The translations under genes and the position numbers were made by a program. From contig OZ024740.1 of assembly GCA_964016885.1 (NCBI GenBank), positions 83,514,001-83,578,000 on the forward strand: a DNA stretch of 64,000 nucleotides, read 5' to 3'. The notes under the pieces are model-generated. The model had not been told where the DNA came from. It saw only the letters and a program-made list of their open reading frames with translations, and did not search any database. Positions 1-12,078 of this stretch are shown here, piece by piece (within the stretch, counting starts at the first letter, position 1; every line of letters starts with the position of its first letter). Source of the stretch: Eledone cirrhosa. Taxonomy: Eukaryota.

Positions 1-278
1 CGACATATTTTTCACCAGGATAGATGGGAATATTCCCATTAGACCTGCTCATCGGGATCTACAGTCGTTCAAATTGACATTGAGGAAATATTACTTTCGA
101 TTGTAAATCCTCGTAATGGATATTTACGATGTGCAATTGTAGGTAATATTTCCTCAATGTTAATCTGAAGGTTTGTAGATCTTGATGAGCTGGTGTATTA
201 TGAATATTCTCATCTAGCCTGTTGAAATATATTTCCAACAATTAAATATACAATTAACAGCTTTGTGTGATTTATCAC
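1..278. mobile_element. Degenerate fold-back palindrome with decayed hammerhead cores (Penelope pLTR-like remnant)
   Basis: 4-63 is an imperfect reverse complement of 174-232. The + arm reads TTGATGA..hairpin..GAAA and the - arm CCGATGA..hairpin..GAAA (consensus CTGATGA). Ends at (CT)n/(TA)n. Confidence 0.55.
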
Positions 279-281
279 TCG

Positions 282-316
<35 letters not shown>

Positions 317-331
317 CATATGTCCTCTGTG

Positions 332-508
332 AATAATTGTTTCTACGTTAGGCACAAGGCCAGCAATTACTCAGTGTACTTTATTTTATCGACCCCGTAA
401 GGATGAAAGGCAAAGTTAACCTCGGCGGGATTTGAACTCAGAATAGCAAGGGCCGTAACTATATGCGTCAAAGCATGGCGTCCGACCCTCTACCGATACT
501 GCCAATAA
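332..508 (-). mobile_element. tRNA-derived SINE family 1 (Meta-domain-like)
   Basis: Recurs 7 times in the window. The - strand has B-box-like GAGTTCAAATCCC followed by ctttgcctttcatcctt..ggggtcgataaaataaagtac. Confidence 0.85.
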
Positions 509-1739
509 CCATGCAGTTGGTGGACCGTAAACATGGGATCAACTCCCGATGCTCTGCATTCTCCACAACAAGGATTATAAACGCGCATTGGTTTTAAACC
601 TCATTTTGCCAAACGTTAAGTTGTTTTCCCAGGTATTCGGAGCATATATGAATGTATTGCTCATTCTTGACCCAAAATGCACGAACCTATGTGTATTATC
701 AAGTTGTGATATATTCAGACATTCAATCATCTCATAAATGAATGATTGGCCATGTTTAGTTCAATGAACAGAGTAAATTCTTTGATGGATAAAATACAAA
801 TGTATATCTGTTTAAATAATACACATAGCATCATGCACAATTGTCTGCATAAACACCCATGTATATACATTTGCCTACATATGCCATTCATAATTCATAT
901 ATAAATAAATGTGCATGCGAGTAAAGATTCTCAGGGAAAAAAATTCAACACCTTTTCTATTTTATTATATGTTAAAATATGACATGTCTAACTGCTTGTC
1001 CATCGGCAACCTTTGCGTTGGGCTGCTTGCCTAGGCTTCGCTGCTCGATTGTCTGAAGAGGGCAAACTGTCATAGTATTGGCTGCTCCCTGATAGATTTG
1101 TAGTTGGGCCTGTGGCAGCGGAGACTTCCAGTGTTCTTGGCTGCCGGACCAGTATTTTCGGGGTGAAGTAAGGAAACCACAATAGTGAGCCCTGGGGCAA
1201 TCTTCTTCTGTCCTCCAAGACTACGAGGTGGACTAACCTTTAGACAGTGCAGAGAAAATACATATCGTAAACACCTCTTTATACCCCCCCCCCCCCGCCA
1301 CACACACACACACACACTCACTATACTAAATAGATTAAGTCCTTGCAGTTAAAACGAGTATACAGCTCTTATCAATTAAATGAATATATAAAAAATAAGA
1401 AAAATGTAATGTTAATAGATTTGGAATATAATAATATTCTGTCACTATTTTGGTGATTCTGTATAAATCACGAAATTGCTACGTGAGTTAATTGAAGTTG
1501 ATGGTAAAAGACAGTGGGTGTTTAATCTTTCCATTTAGTATCATACTACCTACAGCTGAAACAACAAATCATTTCATTAAGCATTTTCATACTAACACAA
1601 TAAATATAAATATATATTGAAACAAGATAAAAAAATACATTCTGCTCTTGAAGAAACTAAGACCAAAACAGATATATTAGTTATTTTTCTATAACAACGC
1701 TCGCTTGATAATCGGCATACGAAATCAACTGAAATAAAA

Positions 1740-1810
<71 letters not shown>

Positions 1811-1865
1811 GTTATATTTAGGGGGTCGGGTGTCATTTTGTTATACTATTGCCATAAAAAATAAT

Positions 1866-2003
1866 AATTGATTCTACTTTAGGCACAAGGCCAGCAAATA
1901 CCCAGTGCATTACTGGTACTTTATTTTATCGACCCCGTAAGGATGAAAGGCAAAGTCAACCTCGGCGGGATTTGAACTCAGATCGTAAAGGGACATAACT
2001 ATG
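1866..2003 (-). mobile_element. SINE family 1 copy (truncated)
   Basis: Near-identical to 332-508. Confidence 0.85.
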
Positions 2004-2020
2004 CCATAAAAAATAATAAT

Positions 2021-2701
2021 AAAACACATAAACTGTTTGGTTTGGATCGGTTTTCGCTTCTGTATATTTCATATCCCTATAGTTAATTTAGCTGGTAATC
2101 AATGTTATCATTAATTGACCAACGATTTAAAATATAGATATTATTTCTATTTTGTCTAAATTATCATCATGTCTTTGTCTGGCATGTTTATCTAGTACAA
2201 AACCGTCGTTTAAGCCTTTTAGTTTACCCAGTGTTGGACTAATCTCTCCCCTATGCTCCGAGCTGTCTCACATATGTATGTCTTTGTCATGTTTTTGGAA
2301 GTCCCCTCTGTACACCTTATGCTATAGACTACATTTCTAGTTTTACAATTTATTTGTGGATTTATTCTGCATATAACACATTTCTTATTAGTACGGTTGG
2401 TTTTCTTAAAGGGAAATGTTTCGCTGATCAGGAATGTTATGGTAGTTCCTGGCTTTTCTACCACAATAATATCTAAAGGGCCTTTCTAAGTTGGTTAGCT
2501 ATTTCACCTCCAGGGGATGCATCCACCCGCATGATACCCAGGTATCTCTGGTTGTCGTACCATTAAATGGCTTTCCCTATCTTATGTTTAGTCCCATATA
2601 TACTATTCTATTATTTGCAATATAACGCTCCACAAATATAAACAATATTTGTTTCAACACACAATTTCATATGAAAAACCTTGTAAAACAAATTCATCAC
2701 C

Positions 2702-2702
<1 letters not shown>
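2021..2702 (-). mobile_element. Penelope-like element fragment: GIY-YIG endonuclease plus pLTR, with an inverted pLTR tail
   Basis: ORF 2219-2464(-) reads CVIC..NCKTRNVVYSIRC..TYICETARSIGERLVQH, a GIY-YIG motif of Penelope type. 2021-2140 resembles 48374-48490, and 2625-2700(+) resembles the terminus at 48905-48968. Confidence 0.8.
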
Positions 2703-2745
<43 letters not shown>

Positions 2746-2753
2746 TGATGAAT

Positions 2754-2808
<55 letters not shown>

Positions 2809-3273
2809 TCATAAATCTATACAATTTACACATAGAGAAATACATATTCACATATATACAGATGCACAAAGTGCGTTTTCTTTGCAAATGCACATATATG
2901 TTAAGGAAACTGACACAAACTCTATACATAGACATGCATGTTAACCAAACACATATCTATGAAATGATAATGAATGGGAAGAGGATGGGAGAGTGAAATG
3001 AAGTAGGAAATTCGGTAATATATACTTCGTACTATAAAAAAGGGGAAGACAAATAGAGAATCAGATGTGGAACGAATGGATATTATATAAAGGATATAAT
3101 AGGCGGAGGTGGGAAAAGACAATTAAGTTTAATATGTTATTGTTTAGAGTTCCACTTACCTTGTTCTCACACACTCTCTTTACCTATCCCCTATCTTCCC
3201 CCACCTCGTACTGTTCATGTTACTCCCTTTCTGAAAGTGTTTATCTCATATATATATATATTCTCACCCTCCT

Positions 3274-3320
<47 letters not shown>

Positions 3321-3846
3321 TCGTTAGAACAATTTCTTATTCTGCGCATACATCGAAATTAATTTTATAAGGAAGGGACAATTATAGCGTTCTAAGTTGT
3401 GTCTGAGTGTAAGTGTCTGTGCTAAATAATATTAATACGCATATACATATGGGGGCTGGGGGGGGGGGGAGTGAGTGTGTGTGTGTGGCGGGGTGCGTAT
3501 ACATGTAGATATATATAATACATGTTATAAATATATATGTATATATCTATGTAAAAGGAAACAGATATAACAAATATAACAAAACAAGCGGCACAGTACA
3601 TGGGAGCAAAATATTAGTTTAACGCTTGATATAGCAGGAAGAGATTCTTAAAATGTCGGACTCTATTCCGTCGTCAGTAAACAAAGTTATAAATACAAGA
3701 TAAATAGAAGGTAAAAAGTCATGAGAGGAAGGAAGGGAGAAAATGAGAAACAAATTGAAGAGATTAAACACACATGCATATTCAGCCAGCCATCTCTCTC
3801 TCCTCTCTCTCTATGTATATATATTTATATATATATATATCCCGCC

Positions 3847-4268
3847 AATATTAATAATAACATTCGATTCGTTTGTAATTATGCAAACAAGCCTCATTTT
3901 CAAAGCCATGTCCTCAGTACAGCACCCTTCATCAGTACAGCCCACTGTTCACCTGTCAACTGTCAGAGCTAGTGAGTGGATCTACTAATATGCAGATCTA
4001 ACTGATCAGCCAGACTACTAATATGCAATTCAGGGCGATCATTCATTGTATAGTTTAGAAAATAGGATATATGTTCACTAGCTCTGACAGTTGGCAAGCG
4101 AACAGTGAGCTGAACTGATGAAGGGTGATACCCAGAAACATTAGTGTCTGCAGTTCTGTTTACATGCCAACCCAAGAGCAAGAATAAAAGGTTCATTCTA
4201 CTGACATGGCTTTAAAAATGATGCCTTTTTGCATAATTGCAAACGAATCGAATGCTATTATTAATATT
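3847..4268. mobile_element. Fold-back palindromic element between (TA)n tracts, hammerhead-bearing
   Basis: Outer arms 3847-3912/4203-4268 and inner arms 3925-3975/4075-4125 are reverse complements. Confidence 0.85.
4107..4156 (+). ncRNA. Type I hammerhead ribozyme
   Basis: gagctgaa-CTGATGA-a gggt gat accc a-GAAA-cat ta gtg-TC-tgcagttc; stems I, II and III can form, GUC site. Confidence 0.75.
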
Positions 4269-4284
4269 CGAAAACGCAGATTAC

Positions 4285-4325
<41 letters not shown>

Positions 4326-4415
4326 CATACATGGTTGTGTATGTATGTGTAGTTATGTGTGCATTTGTATATGTATATTTATGTGTGTGTGTGTATGTAT
4401 ATATATATATAAAGT

Positions 4416-4673
4416 CTAAAGTCTGCCTTAAGCCAGAAGGTTCATTTGGCCGGTGCTTATCCCGCTTTCATGGCGTGAAGCGACTGTGAGTAAAGACACC
4501 CCCCTGGACAGGACGCCATTCCATCACAGAGTTAAACCTCCAGCTATTGGTGGTACTCATTTTCAGCTGAGTATACTGGAGCAACGTGACATGAAGTGTT
4601 TTGTTCAAGAACACAACACGCAGCCCAGGAATCGAACCCACGACATTATGATCGTAAGTCTAACACTCATACC
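4416..4673 (-). mobile_element. tRNA-derived SINE family 2
   Basis: - strand B box GGTTCGATTCC followed by tgttgtgttcttgaacaaaacactt; homologous to 34162-34280. Confidence 0.8.
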
Positions 4674-4865
4674 ATTTGTGTGTATATATATATATGTATG
4701 TGTATGTATATATGTGTGTGTATTTCTAATATTATAAATATATTTATAACTACATGTATATATATATGTATATATATATGTATTTGTGTGTGTGTGTATA
4801 TATATATATGTGTGTGTACGTATGTGCATGTGTGTATATTGGTATATATGTGTGTGTATTTGTAA

Positions 4866-5080
4866 TAATCGTTTCTTGCACAAGGCCAGCAATTTGGGGG
4901 GGAGGTAAAAGTCGATAAAATCGACCCCAGTGCGTGATTGGTACTTTATTTTATCGACCTCGTCAGGATGAAAGGCAAAGTTAACATCGGTGGGATTTGA
5001 ACTCAGAATGGCAAGAGCCGTAACTCAATGCGTCAAAGCGTGGCGACCGATCCTCTACCGATACTACCAATCCACCGCCC
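4866..5080 (-). mobile_element. SINE family 1 copy (near full length)
   Basis: Homology to the other copies; tRNA-like head at 4990-5080. Confidence 0.85.
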
Positions 5081-5356
5081 TAAAATAATAATAATAATAA
5101 TAATGATTTCATTTATTGGCCACAAGGGCCGACATATAGGGGACAACACAATAGACAGGGACAGTGGGGGTTTACATAGAGATCGAGTAAGTATAAATAA
5201 CAAAAAACAAAATAACAATAAAAATACAACAATGAAAGTTCCCCAATAAGAGGGATCACCACCCAGGGTTGACTCAAGCACCCCACCAGTCCTGAGCCAC
5301 CTGACGCTCCTAGGGCACCCGGGAAGGGCACCCCTCTCCTTCTCGAATTCACCAGC

Positions 5357-8300
5357 CTACAGGCGCATGATCAGAGTAGGCCCACTCACACGGGCCATTC
5401 TCGCCACATTCACCCACCTTTCAGTAAATGTACTGGGGGGCAGCACTTCTCTCTCCACCCTCACCTTCCTTTCCAAGTGAAACTTGAAGGAGTTGATGAG
5501 GGATTGGCCGAAGAGAAAAGTGTCTGTCTTCAGTCCTTTCAACCTGGTCCACCATGCAACCTCTTTCGCTACTGCCACCAGGCAGAGGAAAATTGGCTGC
5601 CCTTCCTGACCAAAAGAAGGCGGCGGGTCAATCTTCACTATGGACTCGGACGATAGCCGGATCCGTTCTACACGCGACAATAGCTGTTCGACATAACCCC
5701 ACAAGTCAGCAATGCACGGACACTGGACGAGTGCGTGCAGAACGGTTTCGTCGCTCTGCGCGCATCTCGGGCAGGTTCGTCTGACAGCACTTCCGTGCCT
5801 GTAGAGTTTATCCCGAACCGGCAGCGCCCCCCGGTAGCACTGCCAAGCGAGGGATTTCTGGAAGTTATCCATCGTCCCCGGCTCGAAAGTCCTCCGGAAC
5901 ATACTGGTCAGTTCTACTTCGTTGACGCCTAGAGCCTCTCCTAGTACGTCATCGTACTTGCCCTCCACTAATCCTCTATAGAAATCTTGAGTGGAAGTTC
6001 CACTGACCGCATTGCCCACCTTGCAGAGTGCAGTGAGCGCCTGGCAACATTCCAGATGCCAGTCGCCCAGTCTCGGTCTCTTCTTGACCCAGGACTGCAG
6101 CTCAGTCAAAGAGATGAGCTGCGGAAAGGCCCGTCTAACAAACGGCGACCACACCTGTTCACCGTTTAGGCAAAATATCTGGAGATGTCGCAGCCTCAGC
6201 GCATGTCTGCGCATCATTAGCCACGGCATGCCCAGCCCTCCACAAAGAGGGTGCTGGCAGCAGATGGACCGCCTCACCAACGGGACCCGTCCCCTCCACA
6301 AAAATTTGAAAAGGAGCCGTTCCAAATTGGCGAGGCGTGGACGGGGGCAAGGCACGACGGTCAGGCGGTAGTAGATGACGGACGCGATGTACGCGTTCGC
6401 CACCTCCGCCCGCCCTTTCAGTGATAGCTTTCTCTCAGCCCATTTCTGGGTGAGGTTGGCTATCCTGCTCGTCACCTCGTCCCAATTCTTATCCACCTGG
6501 AGGTCTGGTCCGAACCAAACCCCGAGCAACTTTACCGGTCCGTCTGTCCAGCGCCCAACGACGCTGTTGGACGGCATGGACTTGCCTCTCCAGGTGCCGA
6601 GCTGCAAGCCCACCGACTTTTCCGGGTTTAGTTTTGCTCCCGTCAACCTTTCATATTCCTCCAAATGGGTGCGGATCACCTCGATTTCCGAGGTGTCCGA
6701 CAACATCACGGTGATGTCGTCCGCATAAGCGGACTCAGCCTTTCTACGTCCCGGTTCGAGCGGGATGCCCTGCAACAACTCCAGCTTCCGCAGTAGAGGC
6801 TCAAGAGTCAATACGTACAGAAGTGAGGAGAGAGAGCACCCTTGACGGACCGATCGAGAGATCTGAAACGGTTCCGAGAGGTGGCCATTAACTTTGACCA
6901 CCGAGCAGATGCCGCTGTACATTGCAGCGATCCAGCTTCTGAAGACGGGGCCGAAGCCAGCCGCTTCGAGGACAGCCTCCAAGTACCGATGGTCGACCCT
7001 ATCGAATGCTTTCGATTGATCTAAATTGATCAGAGCCCCACCGAAGCCAGGTTTGCACCCAACCCTCTCTATGATGTATCGCATGAGGTGGAGGTTGTCG
7101 TGTATGGACCTGGTCGGGATTGCGCAAGTTTGCGCCTCCCCAACCAAATCTTTGACGACAAGCGCCAACCTTTTCGCTAACACCTTGGCCAAAATCTTAA
7201 ACTCTGTGTTGAGCAGGGTTATGGGCCTGAAATTATCTAGTGTGTCCCTCTTGTTCTCGTCTTTCCTTATCAGCGTCACTACGCCACGGCTCACAGAACT
7301 GGGAATGCTCCCGTTCTGCTGCCAGTTGCAGTTGAGCGCTTCGAGGAGATCGGAGAACAAGTCTGGCATATTTACGTAAAGCTCGTAGGGCAGACCATCC
7401 AAACCGGGTGACTTGCGACTCGAGCAGCCGACAAGGGCGTCCTGAATTTCGACTGATGTTATCGGCTCTTCGCAGCGCTCAGCGTCGGCCGTCGAGAGGC
7501 GTGGCAAGCCGTCGAGGTAGGGACTGAAGTCCGCCGCCGTCTCCGACTCACCCATCCTCCCGAACAATCGAGCAAAGTGCTGGCGAAAAGCCTCACACAT
7601 CTGCTTGGAATCGCTCAGTTCGTGTCCATCTCGATCCGTCAAAGACCGAATTGTGGTTTTATTTCCACGCTGCGTCTCTGCAAAGCGAGCCCATAGGGCA
7701 GCTTTGGTTCCCTCGTTCCTCAGAGCACGCGCCTTAGCTCTGACAATGCAACCTTCGTGTTTCGCATTGAAGAAATGGTCTAGTGCCATTCTCGCCGCTA
7801 GCACGTCTGTTGCAATGCCACTACAAATAGCCTCGTCTAACTTAGCTATCAGCCCCATCCTCCTTTCTATTTTTCTCTATTGCTACTTCTTTGCTAAATC
7901 CTATCGAGGTTGCTCTAATCTCTCTTTTGAGAGCCCCCCCCCCCACCACCTGTTGTAGACACCCCCCCCTGTCAACTTTTTCTTAACTAAGTTGTTGACC
8001 CGGTCCCTGTAAGCTTTACGTGCCGGAAACGACATGTTTAGCTTCCAGTAGCTAGGTCCTAACCTACGTGTCTTATCTAGGTCGACCATACAGATCACAA
8101 GCTTGTGATCTGAATAGGCAACCGTTTTAAAATGTGGACATCCTACACTATTTCTATCTCTTTTCCTAATGGAAATCCTATCTATGTACGATCTAGATGA
8201 CCCTATGCGATTGGTCCAGGTCCATACTGGCGCATTAGGGAAATCTAGTCGGTACCTGTCAGACAGTTGAAACTGGCTGATCAGGTACTTGAGGCTTTTG

Positions 8301-8782
8301 CACCCCCCGCTCCTATCAGATACTCCCACACAATCCCAGCGTGCTTCTAAGATGCCATTCCAATCCCCTATTAACAGTAAAGGGCGAGACGTAAGCAGAA
8401 AGTTTTCCAGGCGCCTAAAGAAGTCCGGTCGACCGGCCCCAGTAGGGGCGTAGACGGCCACCAGTCTAAAGGCACCACCTTCGCTATTGCTCACGTCCAG
8501 GACCACCAACTTTCCGTCAGGATCCCGGAAGATTGACCTTACCTCGAGATCCAGACATTTCCTAAACAGCACAGTCACTCCACCTCCCATTCCCGGCCGA
8601 CTAACAGATGCAAAGATCTGATAATCGTCGAAAATCGGCGCCAGTGCGCGTGTGTCAGAAATTCTGGTCTCGCTGATGGCAATTACATCCATTCCTAGTG
8701 ACCTGAGGTCGTTGAGCAAGTGACCTTGCTTCCAGGGCGACCCCAGGCCACGAACATTTAAACTTCCTACTCTTATGGCCAT
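5357..8782 (-). CDS. Tx1/L1 ORF2 (APE endonuclease + reverse transcriptase + C-terminal CCHC), one frameshift near 7860-7990
   Basis: SLNVRGL, SET, VYAP, GDWN, SDHK endonuclease motifs; KSPGLDGL, FRPITLLN, KAFDRV, QGCSLS, AYADD RT motifs; CPRC..ETVLHALVQC. Confidence 0.92.
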
Positions 8783-8811
8783 GCTGGCAGGATGAATGGG
8801 AGAGGAAAGGT

Positions 8812-10720
8812 TTACTTACCTTCCGGGGTCTTGTGAAGGTCGGGTGATTCGACCTCCATGGTTTGTGGGGTTTCTTTTGGGAACCCCTTTAATAGTCTTG
8901 AAGTGGGTTTTACGTTCGGGGTTCCCACATCCCGAGGAAAGCTCTTTCGAATTTCTTTGTATGAAGCGAGCGACATTCGCATCAGAAGCAAATTGTCTGG
9001 TACGCGAAATGTGCTCGCTTCAAATGTTTCCCCCTCTTTTTCGATGTTTGTGCTTCATGCTACATGGGCCATCAATTCCTTGTTGGCCCTTCTGGCAAGC
9101 ACGAAGTTTTTAATGTTTTGTTGCTCGGGTTTTATTTGTTCGTGTGATTGTGGTGGTGATAGCTTTGTTAGTGTTGTTTCTATTGTGTCTGCGTTTGTTG
9201 TGGGTGGGGTGTCTGTAGTTTCTGATGTTTGTGTGTCTATTTGTTCTTGTGTCTGTTTAGCTTGTTTGCGTTTGGGGGATTTTGGTGGTTGTGTTGGTGA
9301 TGCTGTGGGGAAAATGTTTGTGTGGGTGGTGTGTGTATTTTTTTTGTGGGGGTGTTTGTGCTTTGTGGATTTCTTTTTTTTTTGTGTTTTGTTTTTTGTA
9401 TTTTGGGGGACTTTGGTTTTCCCTCATCTTCACTGCTGGAGGATGAGGGGTCTGTGGCTGTGAGCGTGTTTGTGTCTGAGTGAGTGTTTATGTTCTTGTT
9501 CGTGTGTGTATTTTGGGGGGAGGGGGAATGGGAGAGCTTTCCTCGTTTCCCCCCTGGGTGTGCAATTTTGGTGGTTCCATTGTTGACGGTGTTGCTGGTG
9601 GTCCTTGTCCCGGCGTCGCCAGCAGTGGAATCTTTCGACCCCTTGCGCTTTTCGGCAGTTGAGGGCAGAAGGCTCGCAAGTGTGTCGTTTCCCCACAAAG
9701 GAAACAATGCGGCCTTTTGCCCTCAGTCATTATATGCAACACCCTCCCGTTTTGGAGGCGGATGTGGTCCGGGATTGCTTTTACGTTTTCGGGTCTGATT
9801 TGGAGCAGTATCTCCAGATCAACCCCGGACCAGTCGTCCCTGGCAGTTCTCGTTGCCTCTACCGGGACTGTATCCGTTCCTTCCACGATTACGCAACCCA
9901 GGAGCCACCACATATCAAGTCCTGGTGGAATCCTGGGAATGCGCACACGTGCTATTCGTTTTCCCATGTGGGAGGGGTACATTATGACCTTGCTGGTTTT
10001 GCAAGGGGTCATTGAATGCTTCACAGCGAGGGCTCCAGACTTGAACAGCACCGTAACGGTGCCGTATTGCCTGCTCCTCTCTATGAAGTCTGTGTCCTCT
10101 CTGATGTATTTCAGTGCGGCTTCTATATCAGCTTGGGCGATTATCGCTGCCCTCTTTGTCTCTACTGAGATGCATCTGAAATGCACCGTTCTTTTTTCCA
10201 CTGCCTCAATGGCTTCTGCCGGGACAGTTAAGTTTGCCCAGGTCTGCTCTTGATTTATGATTTTCCAGGCCTGGGCCAACTTTTCCTCTCTGTTGGTTAA
10301 GTCGATGCTGTAGCATGGTCTCCTTTTAGCCGCTGCCACAGCAGCGAAGGTGTTCTTGTTGGTGTTGTCACTGTTGTTGTTCTTGTTGGTGTTGCTGCTG
10401 CTATTGCTGTTGTTGTTCTCCCCTGTGTCGTGGTTACCCTCTGTGCTGTTGGCCTTGTTGGTGCTGCTGCTGTCGCTACTATTACTCTCTGTGCTGTTCG
10501 TTTTGTTGGTGCTCTCGCTATTACCACCTTCTGCGCTGTTCGGCTCGTTGGTGTTGGTGTTGTCGCTGTTACCACCTTCCGCGCCGCTCGGCCCGTTGGT
10601 GCTGGCACTGTCGCTGCTCACACTCGTGCTGGTGGCGCTCCTCGCCCCACCTCTCCTCTCAACGCTCAAGTCGCCGTTGCACGACAGCAGACCCGCCTCT
10701 AGGGGGCGTGGCTCCGCCAT
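8812..10720 (-). CDS. Tx1/L1 ORF1 (gag-like, zinc knuckle); 3' half broken by frameshifts and a stop
   Basis: CFLCGETTHLRAFC (CX2CX4HX4C), S/N/T-rich N-terminus, terminal frame ends ...KTPEGK*. Confidence 0.8.
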
Positions 10721-11050
10721 GTTTTTTTGAGAAAAAAAATTATTATTTTTCCAAAATAAAGTTCAAATATTTGGGCCAAAAGGCCCAAATATTATGAGTT
10801 ATTCCTTCACAGGATACAAATGAATGTCTTATAATGCTTCAGCGGTACAAAAAAATAAACAATTCTCCACAATTAATCCTCAAAAAATTGCTTGCTCACG
10901 GAGCTTCAAAAAACGTACATCCACTTTCGTCAATAATAATAATAATAATAATATATATATAGGTATATATATATATATATTATATATATATTATATTCCA
11001 ATACTGGAATTGAATAATCAAAACTGTGGCGGTATGTCATATATCAAATC

Positions 11051-11122
11051 ATATATTTTGTCTGATGAGGACGTACTGAAAAAACAACACATTACCTTTG
11101 AAATATATATAATAAAATATAT
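11051..11122 (+). ncRNA. Type I hammerhead ribozyme in a Penelope pLTR-like remnant (about 10995-11263, TA-flanked)
   Basis: atatattttgt-CTGATGA-gga..ttt-GAAA-tatata-TA-ataaaatatat; 11-bp stem I, weak stem II, minimal palindromic stem III. Confidence 0.65.
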
Positions 11123-11288
11123 ATTTTGATTATGAGAATATTTTTCATTTGTTAATATTTTGAATAACATTAACAACTCCAGGAAAACCAACTGTTGAGT
11201 GCTTCTAATCTATTGTAAAATTGTATTCGTTGAGTAATCAAAGAACCATACTAATCTTTGGTTATATATATATATATATATATATATA

Positions 11289-11472
11289 AGAAGTTTTTGG
11301 ACAAAGCCCTTCAAGAAATCCCGGATAAGCCTCCTACATCCGGATATGCCTCCGTAAACAATAACTCTCTGCTCGAGTGGGTCACTGATCTGTAAGACTT
11401 CGCCAGGTGGTGCTATTAAGTTAGACATGGCCTGGACCAATACTGGCCGAAACCTATCAAAGTTGTCAAAGT

Positions 11473-11473
<1 letters not shown>
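11289..11473 (+). mobile_element. CR1-like LINE 3' fragment
   Basis: Translates [31 protein letters not shown], typical of a CR1 ORF2 C-terminus. Confidence 0.6.
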
Positions 11474-11507
<34 letters not shown>

Positions 11508-11543
11508 GTTTTTTGCATAGGTACGTGCGCGGCTGTATGTAGG

Positions 11544-11580
<37 letters not shown>

Positions 11581-11637
11581 TTATTTGTGTGTACATAAGT
11601 ATGTGTAAGTATACGTATGTATGTGTATATATGTGTG

Positions 11638-11688
<51 letters not shown>

Positions 11689-12078
11689 GTGAGTGACCGC
11701 GTATGTACATGTATCTATGGGTATATGTATATAGTTGTTTGTGTGTGCGTGTATATATAGTGGTAGAACACTGGATGGTAATATCCGTAGTGGTAGAGCA
11801 CTGAGTCCATGTGACGAGTTAGGTAGAATTGGTTGCACAACAGTTAGTTTACCATACCGAGAACAATTGTTTCACCTTTTATTTATTTCTATATGGGTGT
11901 GTATATATGTGTGTGTACATATGCGAGAGTGTTACGTATGGGTCCGTGTCTATTTACAATATGCGTGTGTGGGTATGTGAATTAATGTATCTATGTATGT
12001 AGGTGTATGTGTTACATGAGTATATATAGGTGTTTGCATGTGATAACATGCATACCAGAGGAAACAATGAAATTTCAC

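Larger units (their letters stand above)
5105..10931 (-). mobile_element. Near full-length Tx1/L1-clade non-LTR retrotransposon flanked by (AAT)n
   Basis: ORF1 with a zinc knuckle, ORF2 APE-RT-Zn, AATAAA at 5112-5117(-), (AAT)n at both ends. Confidence 0.93.

Noticed and set aside
980-1265. GC-richer segment containing CTGAAGA
   Set aside because: No matching stems or cleavage site found; possibly a LINE 5' fragment but unsupported
8784-8819. 36-nt GT..AG intron that might fuse Tx1 ORF1 to ORF2
   Set aside because: In the protein-like ORF1 frame the splice is out of frame with ORF2, the intron is very short, and the second copy lacks the AG
10350-10730. Hydrophobic Leu-rich ORF
   Set aside because: Antisense of the low-complexity Tx1 ORF1 N-terminus
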